64,000 nt of DNA from Candidatus Sungiibacteriota bacterium (lineage in GTDB: Bacteria; Patescibacteriota; Minisyncoccia; Sungbacterales; HO2-52-23): contig JACPBG010000001.1 in assembly GCA_016180435.1 (NCBI GenBank), forward strand, positions 216,006 to 280,005, read 5' to 3'. Below the pieces are notes generated by a model that saw only the letters and a list, made by a program, of their open reading frames with translations, did no database searches and was not told the DNA's origin. Each line of letters starts with the position of its first letter. The first letter of the stretch is position 1. Made by a program: the position numbers and the translations under genes. Positions 53,708 through 64,000 of the stretch are shown one piece after another.

Positions 53708-54403
53708 TTATATTTTCTTGAAGCGATATTTAAAAAGGGTCGCTATTATTTTAAACGTATAATACCAGCGCATTTTCTTTCCCTGTTCAAATGTACGGGA
53801 TCTATGTAAAATCGGCACATTCACGACTCGCAATCCCAGACGGAAAACCTTGGCTGAAATCTCGGATTCGGTTTCAAACCTGTCCTCCTCTAAAGTTATT
53901 TTATCAAATATTTCGCGCTTAAAGGCCTTGGCCGCGGTGGTAAAATTATAAATCCGATTAAAATAAAGCGCATTAAAAAGCCGATTGACGGCAGCACTCC
54001 CGAAATTATAAAGCTTGGAATAACTCCCCTGCTTCCCTAAAGTCCGAGACCCGTATACGACGTCAGCTTCGTCCCGGATAAGCGGCCGGAGAAGCCCCGG
54101 AATATTTGAAACCGCATACTCCAAATCAACATCCTGACGGACGATATAATCGCCGGTGGAGGCCTTAATGCCGTCTCGCACGGCAGCCCCCACCCCCTGA
54201 TTTTTTTCATGGATCACGATTTTATATTTATCTTTCAACGACTCCAAAATTTCCCGACTGCCGTCGCTGGAACCGTCGTCAATTAATATAAATTCTTTTT
54301 TAAGTCCGGGAAGCGCCAAACCTTCAACTTGACGCACTGTCTCAAGAATGAAGTTCTTTTCATTATAGATTGGAATGATAATTGAAACGGTTTTTCCATT
54401 CAT
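53708..54403 (-). CDS. Glycosyltransferase family 2 (Dpm1/GtrB-like polyprenyl-phosphate sugar transferase)
   Basis: 231 aa; VSIIIPIYNE ... IDDGSSDGS ... motifs. Confidence 0.8.
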   Translation of the reverse strand: MNGKTVSIIIPIYNEKNFILETVRQVEGLALPGLKKEFILIDDGSSDGSREILESLKDKYKIVIHEKNQGVGAAVRDGIKASTGDYIVRQDVDLEYAVSNIPGLLRPLIRDEADVVYGSRTLGKQGSYSKLYNFGSAAVNRLFNALYFNRIYNFTTAAKAFKREIFDKITLEEDRFETESEISAKVFRLGLRVVNVPILHRSRTFEQGKKMRWYYTFKIIATLFKYRFKKI

Positions 54404-54447
54404 ATAGTAAAAAATTCTTATTTATAATATACGTGGAAATAAAAACT

Positions 54448-55182
54448 ATGAACTATCGCGTTGATTTAGTCGTTCCGGTATATAACGAGCGGGAAACATT
54501 TCCGGCGCTTTATGATTTTATCAGTAAAAACGTAAAATCCGATTGGCGGTTATTCGTTGTATATGACTTTCCTGAAGATACAACGCTGGAAGTTGCCAAA
54601 CCGGTTTCGGATAAAGATCCACGGATAAAACTTGTTCTGAATTCCGAACGCGGAGGACTTGGCGCAACCAAAACCGGTTTTTACGCCGCCCAAGCCGAGG
54701 CAATCATGTTTATCATGGCTGACAATAGCGAGGATATGCTTAAAAAAATAGATGAGATGGTGCAACGATTTTATGAGGAAAAAGCGGATATTGTCGTAGC
54801 GTCCCGCTACATGAGAGGGGCTACGCGGCGCGGAGGACCTTTTTTAAAGGGGGTAATTTCCCGCCTTGCCAGCTTGTCTCTACACTGGCTTATTGGCATT
54901 CCCACTCATGATGCGACTGAAAATACACGAATATACCGCAAATCAATGCTCAAAGAAATTTCCATTGAATCGCAAAAAACATTTGAAGTGTCGCTTGAAG
55001 TTATCATAAAGGCGCACCTTCTCGAAAAAAAAATAATTGAAGTGCCGGTAATTTGGATTGACCGAAAAAATTACAGAGGAGAATCAAAATTCAAAACATG
55101 GCAATGGCTTCCGTACTATCTTTATTGGTATTTATACGGAATAAAGCATTATTGGGTGAAAAAATTACGCCGCACCCCCTAA
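54448..55182 (+). CDS. Glycosyltransferase family 2 (Dpm1/GtrB-like)
   Basis: Start at MNYRVDLVVPVYNE (track ORF begins 54382 and would overlap the divergent gene); GT-A motifs. Confidence 0.75.
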   Translation: MNYRVDLVVPVYNERETFPALYDFISKNVKSDWRLFVVYDFPEDTTLEVAKPVSDKDPRIKLVLNSERGGLGATKTGFYAAQAEAIMFIMADNSEDMLKKIDEMVQRFYEEKADIVVASRYMRGATRRGGPFLKGVISRLASLSLHWLIGIPTHDATENTRIYRKSMLKEISIESQKTFEVSLEVIIKAHLLEKKIIEVPVIWIDRKNYRGESKFKTWQWLPYYLYWYLYGIKHYWVKKLRRTP

Positions 55183-56231
55183 AAAAACTTTTTAACGATT
55201 CCGAGAACTCCTTGATTCCAGAGCGAGCGATTTCCTTTTCCGCTTGACATGCGAAGAGTATCTTTGTGTTCACGGTACCATTGAAACGCATCAATCAATA
55301 TCTCTTTATTGCTTTTTTGCGGCGACCATCCAAGTTTTTCTATTTTATCAATTGATCCGAAAAAATCTATGTCGGCCGTCTCATAAATCCAATGGTGCAG
55401 GGGCGAGAGGCCGACTTTATCAAAAAACCTTAGTGCTACTTTCACCGGAAAAGCCGGGAGCGGAAAAATCTTTGATCCTGAATTTGCGAAACTGCAAAGC
55501 GCCTCAAGATCGCCGCGAATAGTTCCGAACTCTTTTGCTCCGATATTAAACGTATCGTTCACGCGGATATCGCTGCTTGCCGCGACAAAAAGTATCGCGC
55601 GAATCGCGTCATCAACCGAGAGAAATTGATGGCGATTAGTTCCGGACCCGATGATGGGAACCCGCCTCCCGGCCATAATCCACTCAAATAAAATCTGAAA
55701 CGCGCCAAGCCGTTCGGCTCCGATTACTGTCGGCAACCGAAGTATGGGAATTTTCATATCTTTTTTCCGGTATATTTCACAATATTGCTCAGCGATTTTT
55801 TTGCTTCCGCTGTAAGCATCACGGCTTATCAAAGGATGGTCTTCGGTCAGCGGAACGCGCTGCGGAATGCCATAAGCATAGATGGAAGATAAAAATACAA
55901 ATGTCTTAATGCCTTTTTTATACGACTCCTCAAGAAGTATCCGGGTTCCATCGGCATTCACCGAATGAATATCTTCATCTTTCTGAAGCGGCAAAGCCGC
56001 GGCCGCATGTATGACAATATCAATCCCAATAAGCGCCCGCCGTACATCTTCAATGCTACGCACGTCGCCTTTGATAAATTTGATTGCGGAGGGCACAGGA
56101 GATTTAGGAAAATTTTCAAAATCCAGGATCGTTACTTCAAATCCGTTGTTCAAAATATTAAGTACAAGATTGCTTCCTATAAAACCCGACCCGCCTGTGA
56201 CTAAGTAACGCATATTCTTATTGAGATTCAA
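55179..56231 (-). CDS. NAD-dependent nucleotide-sugar epimerase/dehydratase
   Basis: 350 aa; [11 protein letters not shown], YxxxK (YSGSK). Confidence 0.85.
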   Translation of the reverse strand: MNLNKNMRYLVTGGSGFIGSNLVLNILNNGFEVTILDFENFPKSPVPSAIKFIKGDVRSIEDVRRALIGIDIVIHAAAALPLQKDEDIHSVNADGTRILLEESYKKGIKTFVFLSSIYAYGIPQRVPLTEDHPLISRDAYSGSKKIAEQYCEIYRKKDMKIPILRLPTVIGAERLGAFQILFEWIMAGRRVPIIGSGTNRHQFLSVDDAIRAILFVAASSDIRVNDTFNIGAKEFGTIRGDLEALCSFANSGSKIFPLPAFPVKVALRFFDKVGLSPLHHWIYETADIDFFGSIDKIEKLGWSPQKSNKEILIDAFQWYREHKDTLRMSSGKGNRSLWNQGVLGIVKKFF

Positions 56232-57156
56232 GATACCAATTTATGGTCTTTTGCAAACCCTCTTCAAGCGCAACATTGGCTTGAAAACCAAATCGTTCCT
56301 TAGCCTTGGTTATATCCAGCATCCGGCGCGGCTGGCCGTCCGGCTTAGTGGTATCCCAAACGATTTTTCCTTTATACCCGACGAGTTTTCCTATAAGCTT
56401 TACTAATTCTTTTATAGGCATTTCATGGCCCGAGCCCAAATTTATCGGCTCTGAAGAATCATACCGTTCGGTTGCCAAAACAATTCCCTCGGCGGCATCT
56501 TCGGCATACAAAAATTCGCGCGATGCGCTTCCGGTCCCCCATACTGTCACTTCAGGAATATTATTTTTTTTGGCCTCCACGAATTTAACTATGAGCGCGG
56601 GTATAACATGCGAATCTTCCAAATCAAAATTGTCCCGCGGGCCGTAAAGATTCACAAGCAAGAGATAAATCGCATTAAACCCGTACTGCTGGCGGTAGGC
56701 CTGGGCCTGCACCAAAGGCATTTTTTTTGCCAAGCCATACGGCGCATTGGTTTCTTCCGGATAACCGTTCCATAAATCCTCTTCTTTAAAAGGGACCGGC
56801 GTAAACTTAGGATATGCGCAGATGGTGCCCACCACCACAAACTTTTTAATACCCTCCAGGCGCGCCGCCTCCATAAGCTGGGTTCCCATCATAAGATTGT
56901 CGTAAAAAAGCTCGGCAGGTTTTTTGCGGTTAAATCCAATGCCGCCGACATTGGCCGCAGCATGAATCACGATATCTTTCCCCCGAACCACATCAACGCA
57001 ATTTTCCCATATTCGCAAATCATGCTCTTTGGAGCGCGTAACGAACATGTTTTCTTTCGGAACTCGCCGTGCCCGTAATTTATCCACGATAAAAGAACCC
57101 AGAAATCCGGCTCCTCCGGTGACTAAAATTTTCTTGGTTTTAAGGTCTATTGACAT
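56218..57156 (-). CDS. fcl: GDP-L-fucose synthase (GDP-4-keto-6-deoxymannose 3,5-epimerase/4-reductase)
   Basis: 312 aa; [46 protein letters not shown] typical of Fcl. Confidence 0.85.
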   Translation of the reverse strand: MSIDLKTKKILVTGGAGFLGSFIVDKLRARRVPKENMFVTRSKEHDLRIWENCVDVVRGKDIVIHAAANVGGIGFNRKKPAELFYDNLMMGTQLMEAARLEGIKKFVVVGTICAYPKFTPVPFKEEDLWNGYPEETNAPYGLAKKMPLVQAQAYRQQYGFNAIYLLLVNLYGPRDNFDLEDSHVIPALIVKFVEAKKNNIPEVTVWGTGSASREFLYAEDAAEGIVLATERYDSSEPINLGSGHEMPIKELVKLIGKLVGYKGKIVWDTTKPDGQPRRMLDITKAKERFGFQANVALEEGLQKTINWYLESQ

Positions 57157-57211
57157 CTAAAGCGCGATTTTATAAAATACTCATGGATCTTTTCAAAATG
57201 AGGGGTTAACT

Positions 57212-57604
57212 ATGTATAAAGGACAGATTGCGCCCATTCCCAACGGTGAAGATAATAGGCGTATAATCGAAGAGTTCAATTGCACTGAAGGCGGATTTTC
57301 AGTGGGAAGATTTTTTATAAAAAACGACGATAAGGCCCTTGGAAACCACTATCACCGAGACAAAGAAGAGACGTTTGTCATATTGGATGGCAGCGGAATA
57401 GTTGTCACCCAAAAGCTTCTCACAAGCGGCAATCCTCTGGGACCCGTTGAAAGGACCGAACTACAGCCGGATTCGGTTGTAAAAATAATGAGATATACGG
57501 CCCACGCCTTCCTGCTTAAGCCGGGTTCACGGATGATTTGCTATTCATCAGCGGCATTTAACCTCGAAAATCAGGATCTTATACCTTATATTGTCATCCC
57601 ATAA
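57212..57604 (+). CDS. Cupin-fold protein, WxcM/FdtA-like
   Basis: 130 aa; GNHYHRDKEETFVILDGSG cupin motif, paralogous to 29577-29981. Confidence 0.5.
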   Translation: MYKGQIAPIPNGEDNRRIIEEFNCTEGGFSVGRFFIKNDDKALGNHYHRDKEETFVILDGSGIVVTQKLLTSGNPLGPVERTELQPDSVVKIMRYTAHAFLLKPGSRMICYSSAAFNLENQDLIPYIVIP

Positions 57605-57642
57605 TTATATGGGATCTTTTTATTTAAATCCAGCTTGCCGGA

Positions 57643-58674
57643 TTATGCGAGCCGGATTTTTTCAGCTTCTTTTTCAAGACCATGGCTTTTAAGATCGTGT
57701 TTTACCATGATTTTCACCAAATCGCTAAATTCGGTCTTGGCTTCCCAGCCAAGTTCTTTTTGGGCTTTAGCGGGATTGGCCACCAAATGTTCCACCTCGG
57801 TCGGACGGTAATAACGAGGGTCAACACCAACATAGTTTTGCCAGTCCGAAATACCAACGCAGGCAAACGCCGCTTCCACAAAATCACGCACCGAATGGCT
57901 CACGCCCGTACCAATTACGAAGTCATCAGGTTTTTCACGTTGCATCATACGCCAAGCCGCATCCATATATTCCGGGGCAAAACCCCAGTCCCGCCGCGCG
58001 TCCAAATTTCCCAAATAAATTTTCTTATCCAGTCCCGCAAGTATCCGCGCAATTCCCCGCGTAATTTTCCGCGTAACAAACGTCTCGCCGCGCCGCTCGG
58101 ACTCGTGATTAAACAATATGCCATTTACCGCAAAAATTCCGTACGCTTCGCGATAATTTATGGCGGTATGATACGCAAAAACCTTAGCGGCTCCATACGG
58201 ACTCCGTGGATAAAATGACGTTTTCTCATTTTGCGGGGGGGGTGCGGCTCCAAACATCTCGGAAGAACTTGCCTGATAAAATTTAACTTTTTTACTGCCT
58301 TGTTCTTCATAATCCTTAATGGCCTCCAGAATCCGAAGCGCGCCCAGGCCGGTGATATTGGCCGTATATTCGGGTATGTCAAAAGAAACGCGCACATGCG
58401 ATTGCGCGCCCATATGATAAAATTCATCCGGCTGGATTTTATAGATAAGTTTTCTAACCGTATTGGCATCCGCCAAATCGCCATAATGCAAAAAAAACCG
58501 CACGCCCTGAAGATGCGGATCCTGATAAATATGATCAATCCGTCCGGTATTAAAGGTGGATGCGCGACGAATAACGCCATGCACCTCATACCCTTTCTCC
58601 AACAAAAATTCGGCCAAGTACGAGCCGTCTTGCCCGGTAATTCCCGTAATTAAGGCCTTTTTAAATTCAACCAT
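57643..58674 (-). CDS. gmd: GDP-mannose 4,6-dehydratase
   Basis: 343 aa; [28 protein letters not shown] hallmark N-terminus. Confidence 0.9.
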   Translation of the reverse strand: MVEFKKALITGITGQDGSYLAEFLLEKGYEVHGVIRRASTFNTGRIDHIYQDPHLQGVRFFLHYGDLADANTVRKLIYKIQPDEFYHMGAQSHVRVSFDIPEYTANITGLGALRILEAIKDYEEQGSKKVKFYQASSSEMFGAAPPPQNEKTSFYPRSPYGAAKVFAYHTAINYREAYGIFAVNGILFNHESERRGETFVTRKITRGIARILAGLDKKIYLGNLDARRDWGFAPEYMDAAWRMMQREKPDDFVIGTGVSHSVRDFVEAAFACVGISDWQNYVGVDPRYYRPTEVEHLVANPAKAQKELGWEAKTEFSDLVKIMVKHDLKSHGLEKEAEKIRLA

Positions 58675-58769
58675 GATTTTTTAAACTTTATATCTGATAC
58701 GCATAAATATACAACAACTCTGCCACAAAACAAGTAACTCACTGAAATTAAAAGAGATGACAGGATAAA

Positions 58770-59345
58770 TCATCTCTTCTTTCTACTCACGCGAGTTGGC
58801 GGAAAAATGAAACCATAAAGATCCACAATAGCCGGGAATACTCCTTCCGAAATAAGCTTCTCACGAGTAAAAGGAATTAAACCCCCTCCGATTTTATACT
58901 CATCTTTATCAAGGTGCCTGGATGCGTAAACAAGTTCCTTTGATGTAAGTTCTACTGTGAAGGTATAAGTAGCCATGTGGCATCCAACTGTCTGTGGCAG
59001 CTGCGCCCTATCTTTCCAACGATAATCAAAGATCGCAGTAAGTTTAAACCGATTTTGAGAAAATGCGAGTCCGGTCTCCCGTTTGAAATTTCTCGTTACC
59101 GCTTCTTCTTTGGTCTCATACGGCTCCATTCGACCGCCTATCCAAAACCAACCTATCATTGGCTTTGACTGTCGCCGCGCCAGATAAATTACTTTCCGTT
59201 TAACGTCAATTGGAACAATATCAGCGCAAGCAAATACGAAACACTGAAGTCCCTTGCCATATTCCTTATCGGGAAGACGAACAAACGGTATGGGTTTATA
59301 CCCATCTTCCGTGTAACTGCTAATCAGAACTTTTTCTTGCCCCAT
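58770..59345 (-). CDS. NUDIX hydrolase (GDP-mannose mannosyl hydrolase-like)
   Basis: 191 aa; degenerate Nudix box GGRMEPYETKEEAVTRNFKRETGL; adjacent to gmd/fcl as in gmd-fcl-gmm operons. Confidence 0.5.
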   Translation of the reverse strand: MGQEKVLISSYTEDGYKPIPFVRLPDKEYGKGLQCFVFACADIVPIDVKRKVIYLARRQSKPMIGWFWIGGRMEPYETKEEAVTRNFKRETGLAFSQNRFKLTAIFDYRWKDRAQLPQTVGCHMATYTFTVELTSKELVYASRHLDKDEYKIGGGLIPFTREKLISEGVFPAIVDLYGFIFPPTRVSRKKR

Positions 59346-59600
59346 AAATCACCCTTCGATAAATTGTACTATAAAAGTACAACCACAAAACGATATGTCT
59401 AATATAGCATAATTATACTATACCGTCAATAAAAATTCGCTGAGTTTGGTGAATAATAAGATTTTAAGCCAATTTTATTCTTCGAGCCTGTCGAGAAGTA
59501 CATTATGGATTAAGGTAATTTCTCGACGCGCCGCCGCTGCGGCTTGCTCGAAAAATAACTTATCATTGCGCGGCCTATAATTTACGCTAAAATAAAAGCA

Positions 59601-60287
59601 ATGACCGCAACACTCATTATTCTCACCAAAAACGAAATTGAAGGATTAAAACAAATTTTTCCCAAAATTGACCGCACCCTTTTTATGGAATTAATCGCCT
59701 GCGACGGCGGATCAGGAGACGGAACCCTTGAATTTTATAAAGAGCACGGAGTACAAATTCAGCCGGAAGTAAAATACGGGGACGTTTTCAGAGCCGCAGC
59801 CCAAATTGCCAAAGGCGAAATTATAATTTTCTTCCGGCCGGACGGCAATGAAGACCCGCGCGATCTCCCAAAACTCATCCAATACATCAAAGACGGGGCG
59901 GATCACGTGATTGCATCCAGATTCATGATGGGCTCTCGCAACGAAGAAGATGATTCAATCCTAAAAATCCGCGCCTGGGCAAACCGCATGTTTACTCTAC
60001 TTGCCAATATTTTTTTCAATCGCACCGGAATATATATTACCGACACCATCAATGGCTATCGCGCCGTGCGAGCCGACAAACTTCGTGAAATGAAACTTGA
60101 TGCGCCGGGTTTTTCCATTGAATACCAAATGACCATCCGCTCGCTTAAACTCGGCCACAAAATCAGGGAGATCCCGACAATTGAGGGCAACCGTATTGGA
60201 GGCAGAGTGAAAGCATCGTCAATTCCCGTGGGCATGGAGATGCTCCGGCGCCTTATCACTGAAATCGCAATCGGAAAAAATTTTTGA
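59601..60287 (+). CDS. Glycosyltransferase family 2
   Basis: 228 aa; LIILTKNE ... CDGGSGDGT ... GT-A fold motifs. Confidence 0.7.
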   Translation: MTATLIILTKNEIEGLKQIFPKIDRTLFMELIACDGGSGDGTLEFYKEHGVQIQPEVKYGDVFRAAAQIAKGEIIIFFRPDGNEDPRDLPKLIQYIKDGADHVIASRFMMGSRNEEDDSILKIRAWANRMFTLLANIFFNRTGIYITDTINGYRAVRADKLREMKLDAPGFSIEYQMTIRSLKLGHKIREIPTIEGNRIGGRVKASSIPVGMEMLRRLITEIAIGKNF

Positions 60288-60358
60288 CGACATATACAAC
60301 AATTGCATACCTCAAATAGGTAATAAAAATGGCTCCTGGGGAAGCCGAGATAATACGA

Positions 60359-61147
60359 TTATAAAAAATCCAGAGTAACAGCAATTGTCGCCGCGCCCGA
60401 GGGGACGAATTCTTTTTGCTCAAGCATACATCGCAACTCATCCGCAGTAAAAAACCCGTGCTTTCCTTCCCAAGCATCTTCCGCATTCTCTGCACGTTTA
60501 AGCACTTCCCGACTCGTCAAGTTGGTTTTACCAGAAAAGCAGATCACTCTAACCGCGAGTCCCGTCGTATGTTCGCATAACGCAACTTCTTTGAGATCGC
60601 AGATATCGCTTGGCTCAAGACCCAATTCTTCTTTAATTTCCCGCAAAATTACAGGCATGGCGCTTTTAGCGCGTAGTGCCTCCGCAAGATCTACATATCC
60701 GGCAGAACTCACAGCCCACATATTCGGGCAATGACTCACCAATTCCGAACGGAAAGTGAGAATAAAAAGATCATCGCTCGTCTGCAAAAGACAATCTGCC
60801 CCGAGAGTATAAAAATGCTCTGCTTGAGGAGTCGCTTCCCAAATCCCGGACTTATTCAGCATACTATACTGGGCCCAACTTACTGCCGCACAAGAAATTA
60901 CGCACCGATGCGACGGCGGAGAATCCAAAGAGTAGGAAAGCACCCCGACCATCTGTGGAATCACATGCTGCAGAAGAAACGGCTTACCTTTTTTATCCCT
61001 CCACTCGATAATATATTTATCAAGTGTGGGGGTAAGCAATCCGCCCCTGGGATTAAAATGAAGAGAATAATTGGTTGAACACTTATCAAGAATCCTGACT
61101 TTCTGCCGCTCCAGTAAATCCATTTCCAGCCATCCTTTCGCATGCAA
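60359..61147 (-). CDS. Hypothetical protein with C-terminal Nudix-box-like motif
   Basis: 262 aa; ILREIKEELGLEP resembles REUxEExGU. Confidence 0.3.
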   Translation of the reverse strand: MHAKGWLEMDLLERQKVRILDKCSTNYSLHFNPRGGLLTPTLDKYIIEWRDKKGKPFLLQHVIPQMVGVLSYSLDSPPSHRCVISCAAVSWAQYSMLNKSGIWEATPQAEHFYTLGADCLLQTSDDLFILTFRSELVSHCPNMWAVSSAGYVDLAEALRAKSAMPVILREIKEELGLEPSDICDLKEVALCEHTTGLAVRVICFSGKTNLTSREVLKRAENAEDAWEGKHGFFTADELRCMLEQKEFVPSGAATIAVTLDFL

Positions 61148-61229
61148 AATCTATTCATAAGAACCATAAAGAAGTATAGCAGAAAAACTTATTTTTGTCC
61201 ATAGCCAATCTTATCCAATACAAGATTTT

Positions 61230-61829
61230 TTATTCGCCTTGTTTTTCAAAAAGCGTGGTCCATTGGGGAGTGCGCATAAATATCAAACCGCTTTTAACAT
61301 GCCGTAAATTTGTGCCGGAGGCAAATTTTAGAACTTTTTTAGGCGTTAAGCGATGAACGTGGAAACGATATCCTAAAAACGGGTTTCGATGAATTTTCCA
61401 GGCGCCCCGCGCATGAGCCATACCGCGAAATAATTCCCAAGGATATACAAAAAACGCAAGACCGCCGGGCTTTAATACACGGTCCACTTCATGAAATACC
61501 GACTGTAAATCCTTAATGTGTTCTATAGTGTGCAAAGAGTAAATCTTGTCAAAACTTGATGAAGGAAAAACAAGTTTGGTTGCATCCATAACCATAGCCT
61601 CTCCTCCACAATGTTCTTTCAAAGCATCGGGGTTTATGTCAATGCCGACAACTTTTCGCGCCACTCGAGCCACCTTTTGCTGGACAAAACCATTATCGCA
61701 TCCGATATCCAACACCATATCTTTACTATCAATAGCCAGCGTCTTAATTACAAGGTCAGCCAATTTATCTCTTTGGATGAGCCAATCATCTTTGGGCAGA
61801 ACTACTTTAGAATACTTACGGTCATACAT
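61230..61829 (-). CDS. Class I SAM-dependent methyltransferase
   Basis: 199 aa; motif I VLDIGCDNG, Methyltransf_11-like. Confidence 0.75.
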   Translation of the reverse strand: MYDRKYSKVVLPKDDWLIQRDKLADLVIKTLAIDSKDMVLDIGCDNGFVQQKVARVARKVVGIDINPDALKEHCGGEAMVMDATKLVFPSSSFDKIYSLHTIEHIKDLQSVFHEVDRVLKPGGLAFFVYPWELFRGMAHARGAWKIHRNPFLGYRFHVHRLTPKKVLKFASGTNLRHVKSGLIFMRTPQWTTLFEKQGE

Positions 61830-61862
61830 AAATAATGCCAGGATAAAAATTTACTCTAACTT

Positions 61863-63950
61863 TTAGTAGATGCTCATTTTCTCAAGAAAAAGGCGAGATG
61901 ATCCCTGGTATTCAAATAAAACTTCATGGCTTCCCTCCGGAACATATACGGCCTGAAACAGATAGTTTGCATTATAAATCTGCGCGCGTTTTCCGTCAAT
62001 TTCCGCAATCCAGCCCGGGATATTGGATTCACTAAACACAAGCCACCCGCCTTTTTCCGTCTCAACGGATAATTTCACTTTTCCGTTCAAGTATTCGTTT
62101 ACCGTAACTTTTCCCTGACTTTCCGTTTCTTTACAATCCTTACACTCAATGAATGTTTTTTCCTTAAAGTCCTTGTTTTCCGCGACTGCCAAAAGCAAAT
62201 CCCGCTCCGATCCGCGCCAAAAAAACGGGTGCCGAGCAAAATATGTTCTGGGCAAAAATTGCATATTCTCATAAAGATGAAATGGAACCGATAGGGATGA
62301 ATTTTCTTCCACCGGAATTTCCCGAAGTCCGGGGTGCCCAAGAGGATAAATTGAGATAATATATTTTACGTTCATCATGGAAAGAAGCGGCAGGCGCGCG
62401 GCAAAATCCGCCGCCTTTTCCTCAATGGAAACAACCCGCAGTGCTTTATCATTAACTTTCTGGTCAATCCGTGCGTTATTTTTTACCGCACCAGCATCAA
62501 AAACCGCAACCCGCCCGGGAGCAAGCACGGTTTCAATCAGCTGGTTTTGCCGCATGGTGCGGAGCGACTCATATCCCCACATATTTTGCAGGCCGTAAAA
62601 CGCCCCGATCTGGTTCGTCAAAAACTCCCGATGCAAAATCGCCTGCTCCTCCGCGGAAACCGAGCGCCGCGAGGTTAATTCGCGAAACATCCCTTCTCCG
62701 AAAAGAAACGGGAGAATACGAAACGAAGCAAGATCACTCTCCCGCGCCTTTATAATACGCAAAACCGCCGGCTCTTTGGCCAGAAGCGACTGCGGAATAA
62801 AAGAATCAAATGAAAAAGAAAAAGCGAGCCACGCGTTTAATGCAGTTGCCATAATTACGCACCACCCCAACCAACGGAATGGATAATTTCTCGCAAAAAA
62901 ATAAATCAGAAAAACAGCGGCAGGAATAAGCAAAACCGGAATTCCGAATGCCGGATTCAATAACGATATGTGCATCCGCAAATCGCTGATAGTCAAGTCA
63001 AACGCCGCCGCATAGTGCTCAAAAGGAAATATTCGCGCCCGATCTCCCAAAATAAAAGACAAAAGGCGCGATTTAAAATCAGGGTTTTGTGAAAGACGCG
63101 CTAAAAAAATATTTAGCGCGGCAATACCGCCTACGATAAGAAAAGACGCCGCTAGGCCGCCCCGCAAAAAATTTATAAATTTTTTCTCTTGAAACCATTC
63201 CCGCGGCTTATTTAAAAATTCATTAAATCCGTGCGCCGCAAGATATGCAAGCGGGATTGCGGCGGCATAAAGCCATCGGGTAGGACTTGTAATGCGGGAA
63301 AAAACCGGAAAATACCGGTTAAACCAGGAAAAGGGGGCAAGATCCGCCGCCATGGCAAAGAGTATAAAATAAGAAATCAGAAAAAACCATACCTCCCGCG
63401 TACGGAAAAAAATAACCGCCATAAGCGCAAAAATAAACGGGAAAACTCCTATATAAAAACCGGCGGTACTTATGGAAACTTGGGGAATATCAAAATTCGG
63501 CGGCAAAAATAAATAAATCCATTCTCCCCAAGGGAGCGATTCAGAAACTTGGGCTGTATATCCCGGAACCCGAACCGATAAATCAAGATACTGCCAGGTT
63601 GGCAAAAGCTGCGGAAGCGCCAAGACCGCACCCCCGGCCACCGCTAATACAAGAAAAAAAGCAGTCCGGAACCGCCATATCAGCGATTCGCCTTGCCCGG
63701 TAATATCAAGAAAAAGCGCATACGCCCAGGCAAAAGTGATGCTGTAAAGAACTATATGCGGCACACCGGCTAAAAAACCAACCGCGCCTCCCGCCACACC
63801 TGCCAAAAAATACGGAATAAGCGCGCGAACCGAATCAGATTGTCGGATACGCAAAGCAATAAATAACAGCAGAGGAAGAACAAAGAATCCATTGGCAAAG
63901 GCAAAACTAACGTATAAAGCCGCGAACGTCTGGCCGATGGCATAAGCCAT
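61863..63950 (-). CDS. YfhO-family-like polytopic membrane protein (second paralog)
   Basis: 695 aa; multiple TM helices; C-terminus NIPGWIAEIDGKRAQIY...FEYQG parallels the 49703-52198 protein. Confidence 0.5.
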   Translation of the reverse strand: MAYAIGQTFAALYVSFAFANGFFVLPLLLFIALRIRQSDSVRALIPYFLAGVAGGAVGFLAGVPHIVLYSITFAWAYALFLDITGQGESLIWRFRTAFFLVLAVAGGAVLALPQLLPTWQYLDLSVRVPGYTAQVSESLPWGEWIYLFLPPNFDIPQVSISTAGFYIGVFPFIFALMAVIFFRTREVWFFLISYFILFAMAADLAPFSWFNRYFPVFSRITSPTRWLYAAAIPLAYLAAHGFNEFLNKPREWFQEKKFINFLRGGLAASFLIVGGIAALNIFLARLSQNPDFKSRLLSFILGDRARIFPFEHYAAAFDLTISDLRMHISLLNPAFGIPVLLIPAAVFLIYFFARNYPFRWLGWCVIMATALNAWLAFSFSFDSFIPQSLLAKEPAVLRIIKARESDLASFRILPFLFGEGMFRELTSRRSVSAEEQAILHREFLTNQIGAFYGLQNMWGYESLRTMRQNQLIETVLAPGRVAVFDAGAVKNNARIDQKVNDKALRVVSIEEKAADFAARLPLLSMMNVKYIISIYPLGHPGLREIPVEENSSLSVPFHLYENMQFLPRTYFARHPFFWRGSERDLLLAVAENKDFKEKTFIECKDCKETESQGKVTVNEYLNGKVKLSVETEKGGWLVFSESNIPGWIAEIDGKRAQIYNANYLFQAVYVPEGSHEVLFEYQGSSRLFLEKMSIY

Positions 63951-64000
63951 GGCAAAAAGTAACGAAGGAAATATGGAAAACTTACTCGCGCGGGCAAACG

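Noticed and set aside
1-64000. tRNA or rRNA genes
   Set aside because: No cloverleaf-compatible sequences with GTTC-type T-loop or CCA-adjacent acceptor stems, and no rRNA-like conserved blocks seen in any intergenic region

Overview
This 64-kb window carries bacterial housekeeping genes (cysS, dnaB, recR, metK, secA, murB, hpf, an M24 aminopeptidase) followed, from about 26.9 kb to the end, by a large cell-surface glycan biosynthesis island. Gene content and architecture suggest a small-genome, Gram-positive-like or candidate-phyla-radiation (CPR)-like bacterium: a type IV pilin, no outer-membrane glycan genes, two YfhO paralogs, and many short, tightly packed genes. This taxonomic placement is inference only. 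The glycan island encodes a sialic/nonulosonic-acid branch (neuC, neuB, neuA), a GDP-fucose branch (gmd, fcl, NUDIX hydrolase), dTDP-sugar enzymes (rfbB, RmlD-like and FdtA-like cupins), and a WbaP-like priming transferase. It also has GT4 and GT2 transferases and a TagF/sialyltransferase-like transferase. Processing and export functions are a Wzx-like flippase, an O-antigen-ligase/TPR protein, a carbamoyltransferase, an SGNH esterase and a methyltransferase. Upstream lies an MIO ammonia-lyase / acyl-CoA ligase / thiolase trio, a Cas4/RecB-like nuclease with a DUF4258-like gene, an NYN-domain protein and a CYTH protein. The intergenic space is unusually rich in repeat families. (i) At least five small elements are bounded by terminal inverted repeats (TIRs) ACCCCGTTAGAR / YTCTAACGGGGT with unrelated interiors; these are miniature inverted-repeat transposable element (MITE)-like, and one pair is nested. 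(ii) AT-rich palindromic elements are built from TTCTAAT / TTCTAAG / TTAGGAA heptamers. (iii) Several long perfect or near-perfect palindromes occur. (iv) A 45-bp duplicated copy of the sugar-transferase 3' end brackets a ~1-kb insert that carries a zinc-ribbon transposase remnant. Next to it, a wHTH + Cas2-like (PaaX-family-like) regulator is flanked by two 38-bp palindromic sites. Simple-sequence in-frame insertions occur in secA, murB and another gene. No rRNA, tRNA or CRISPR array could be supported. Coordinates of non-ORF features may be off by 1-2 nt.
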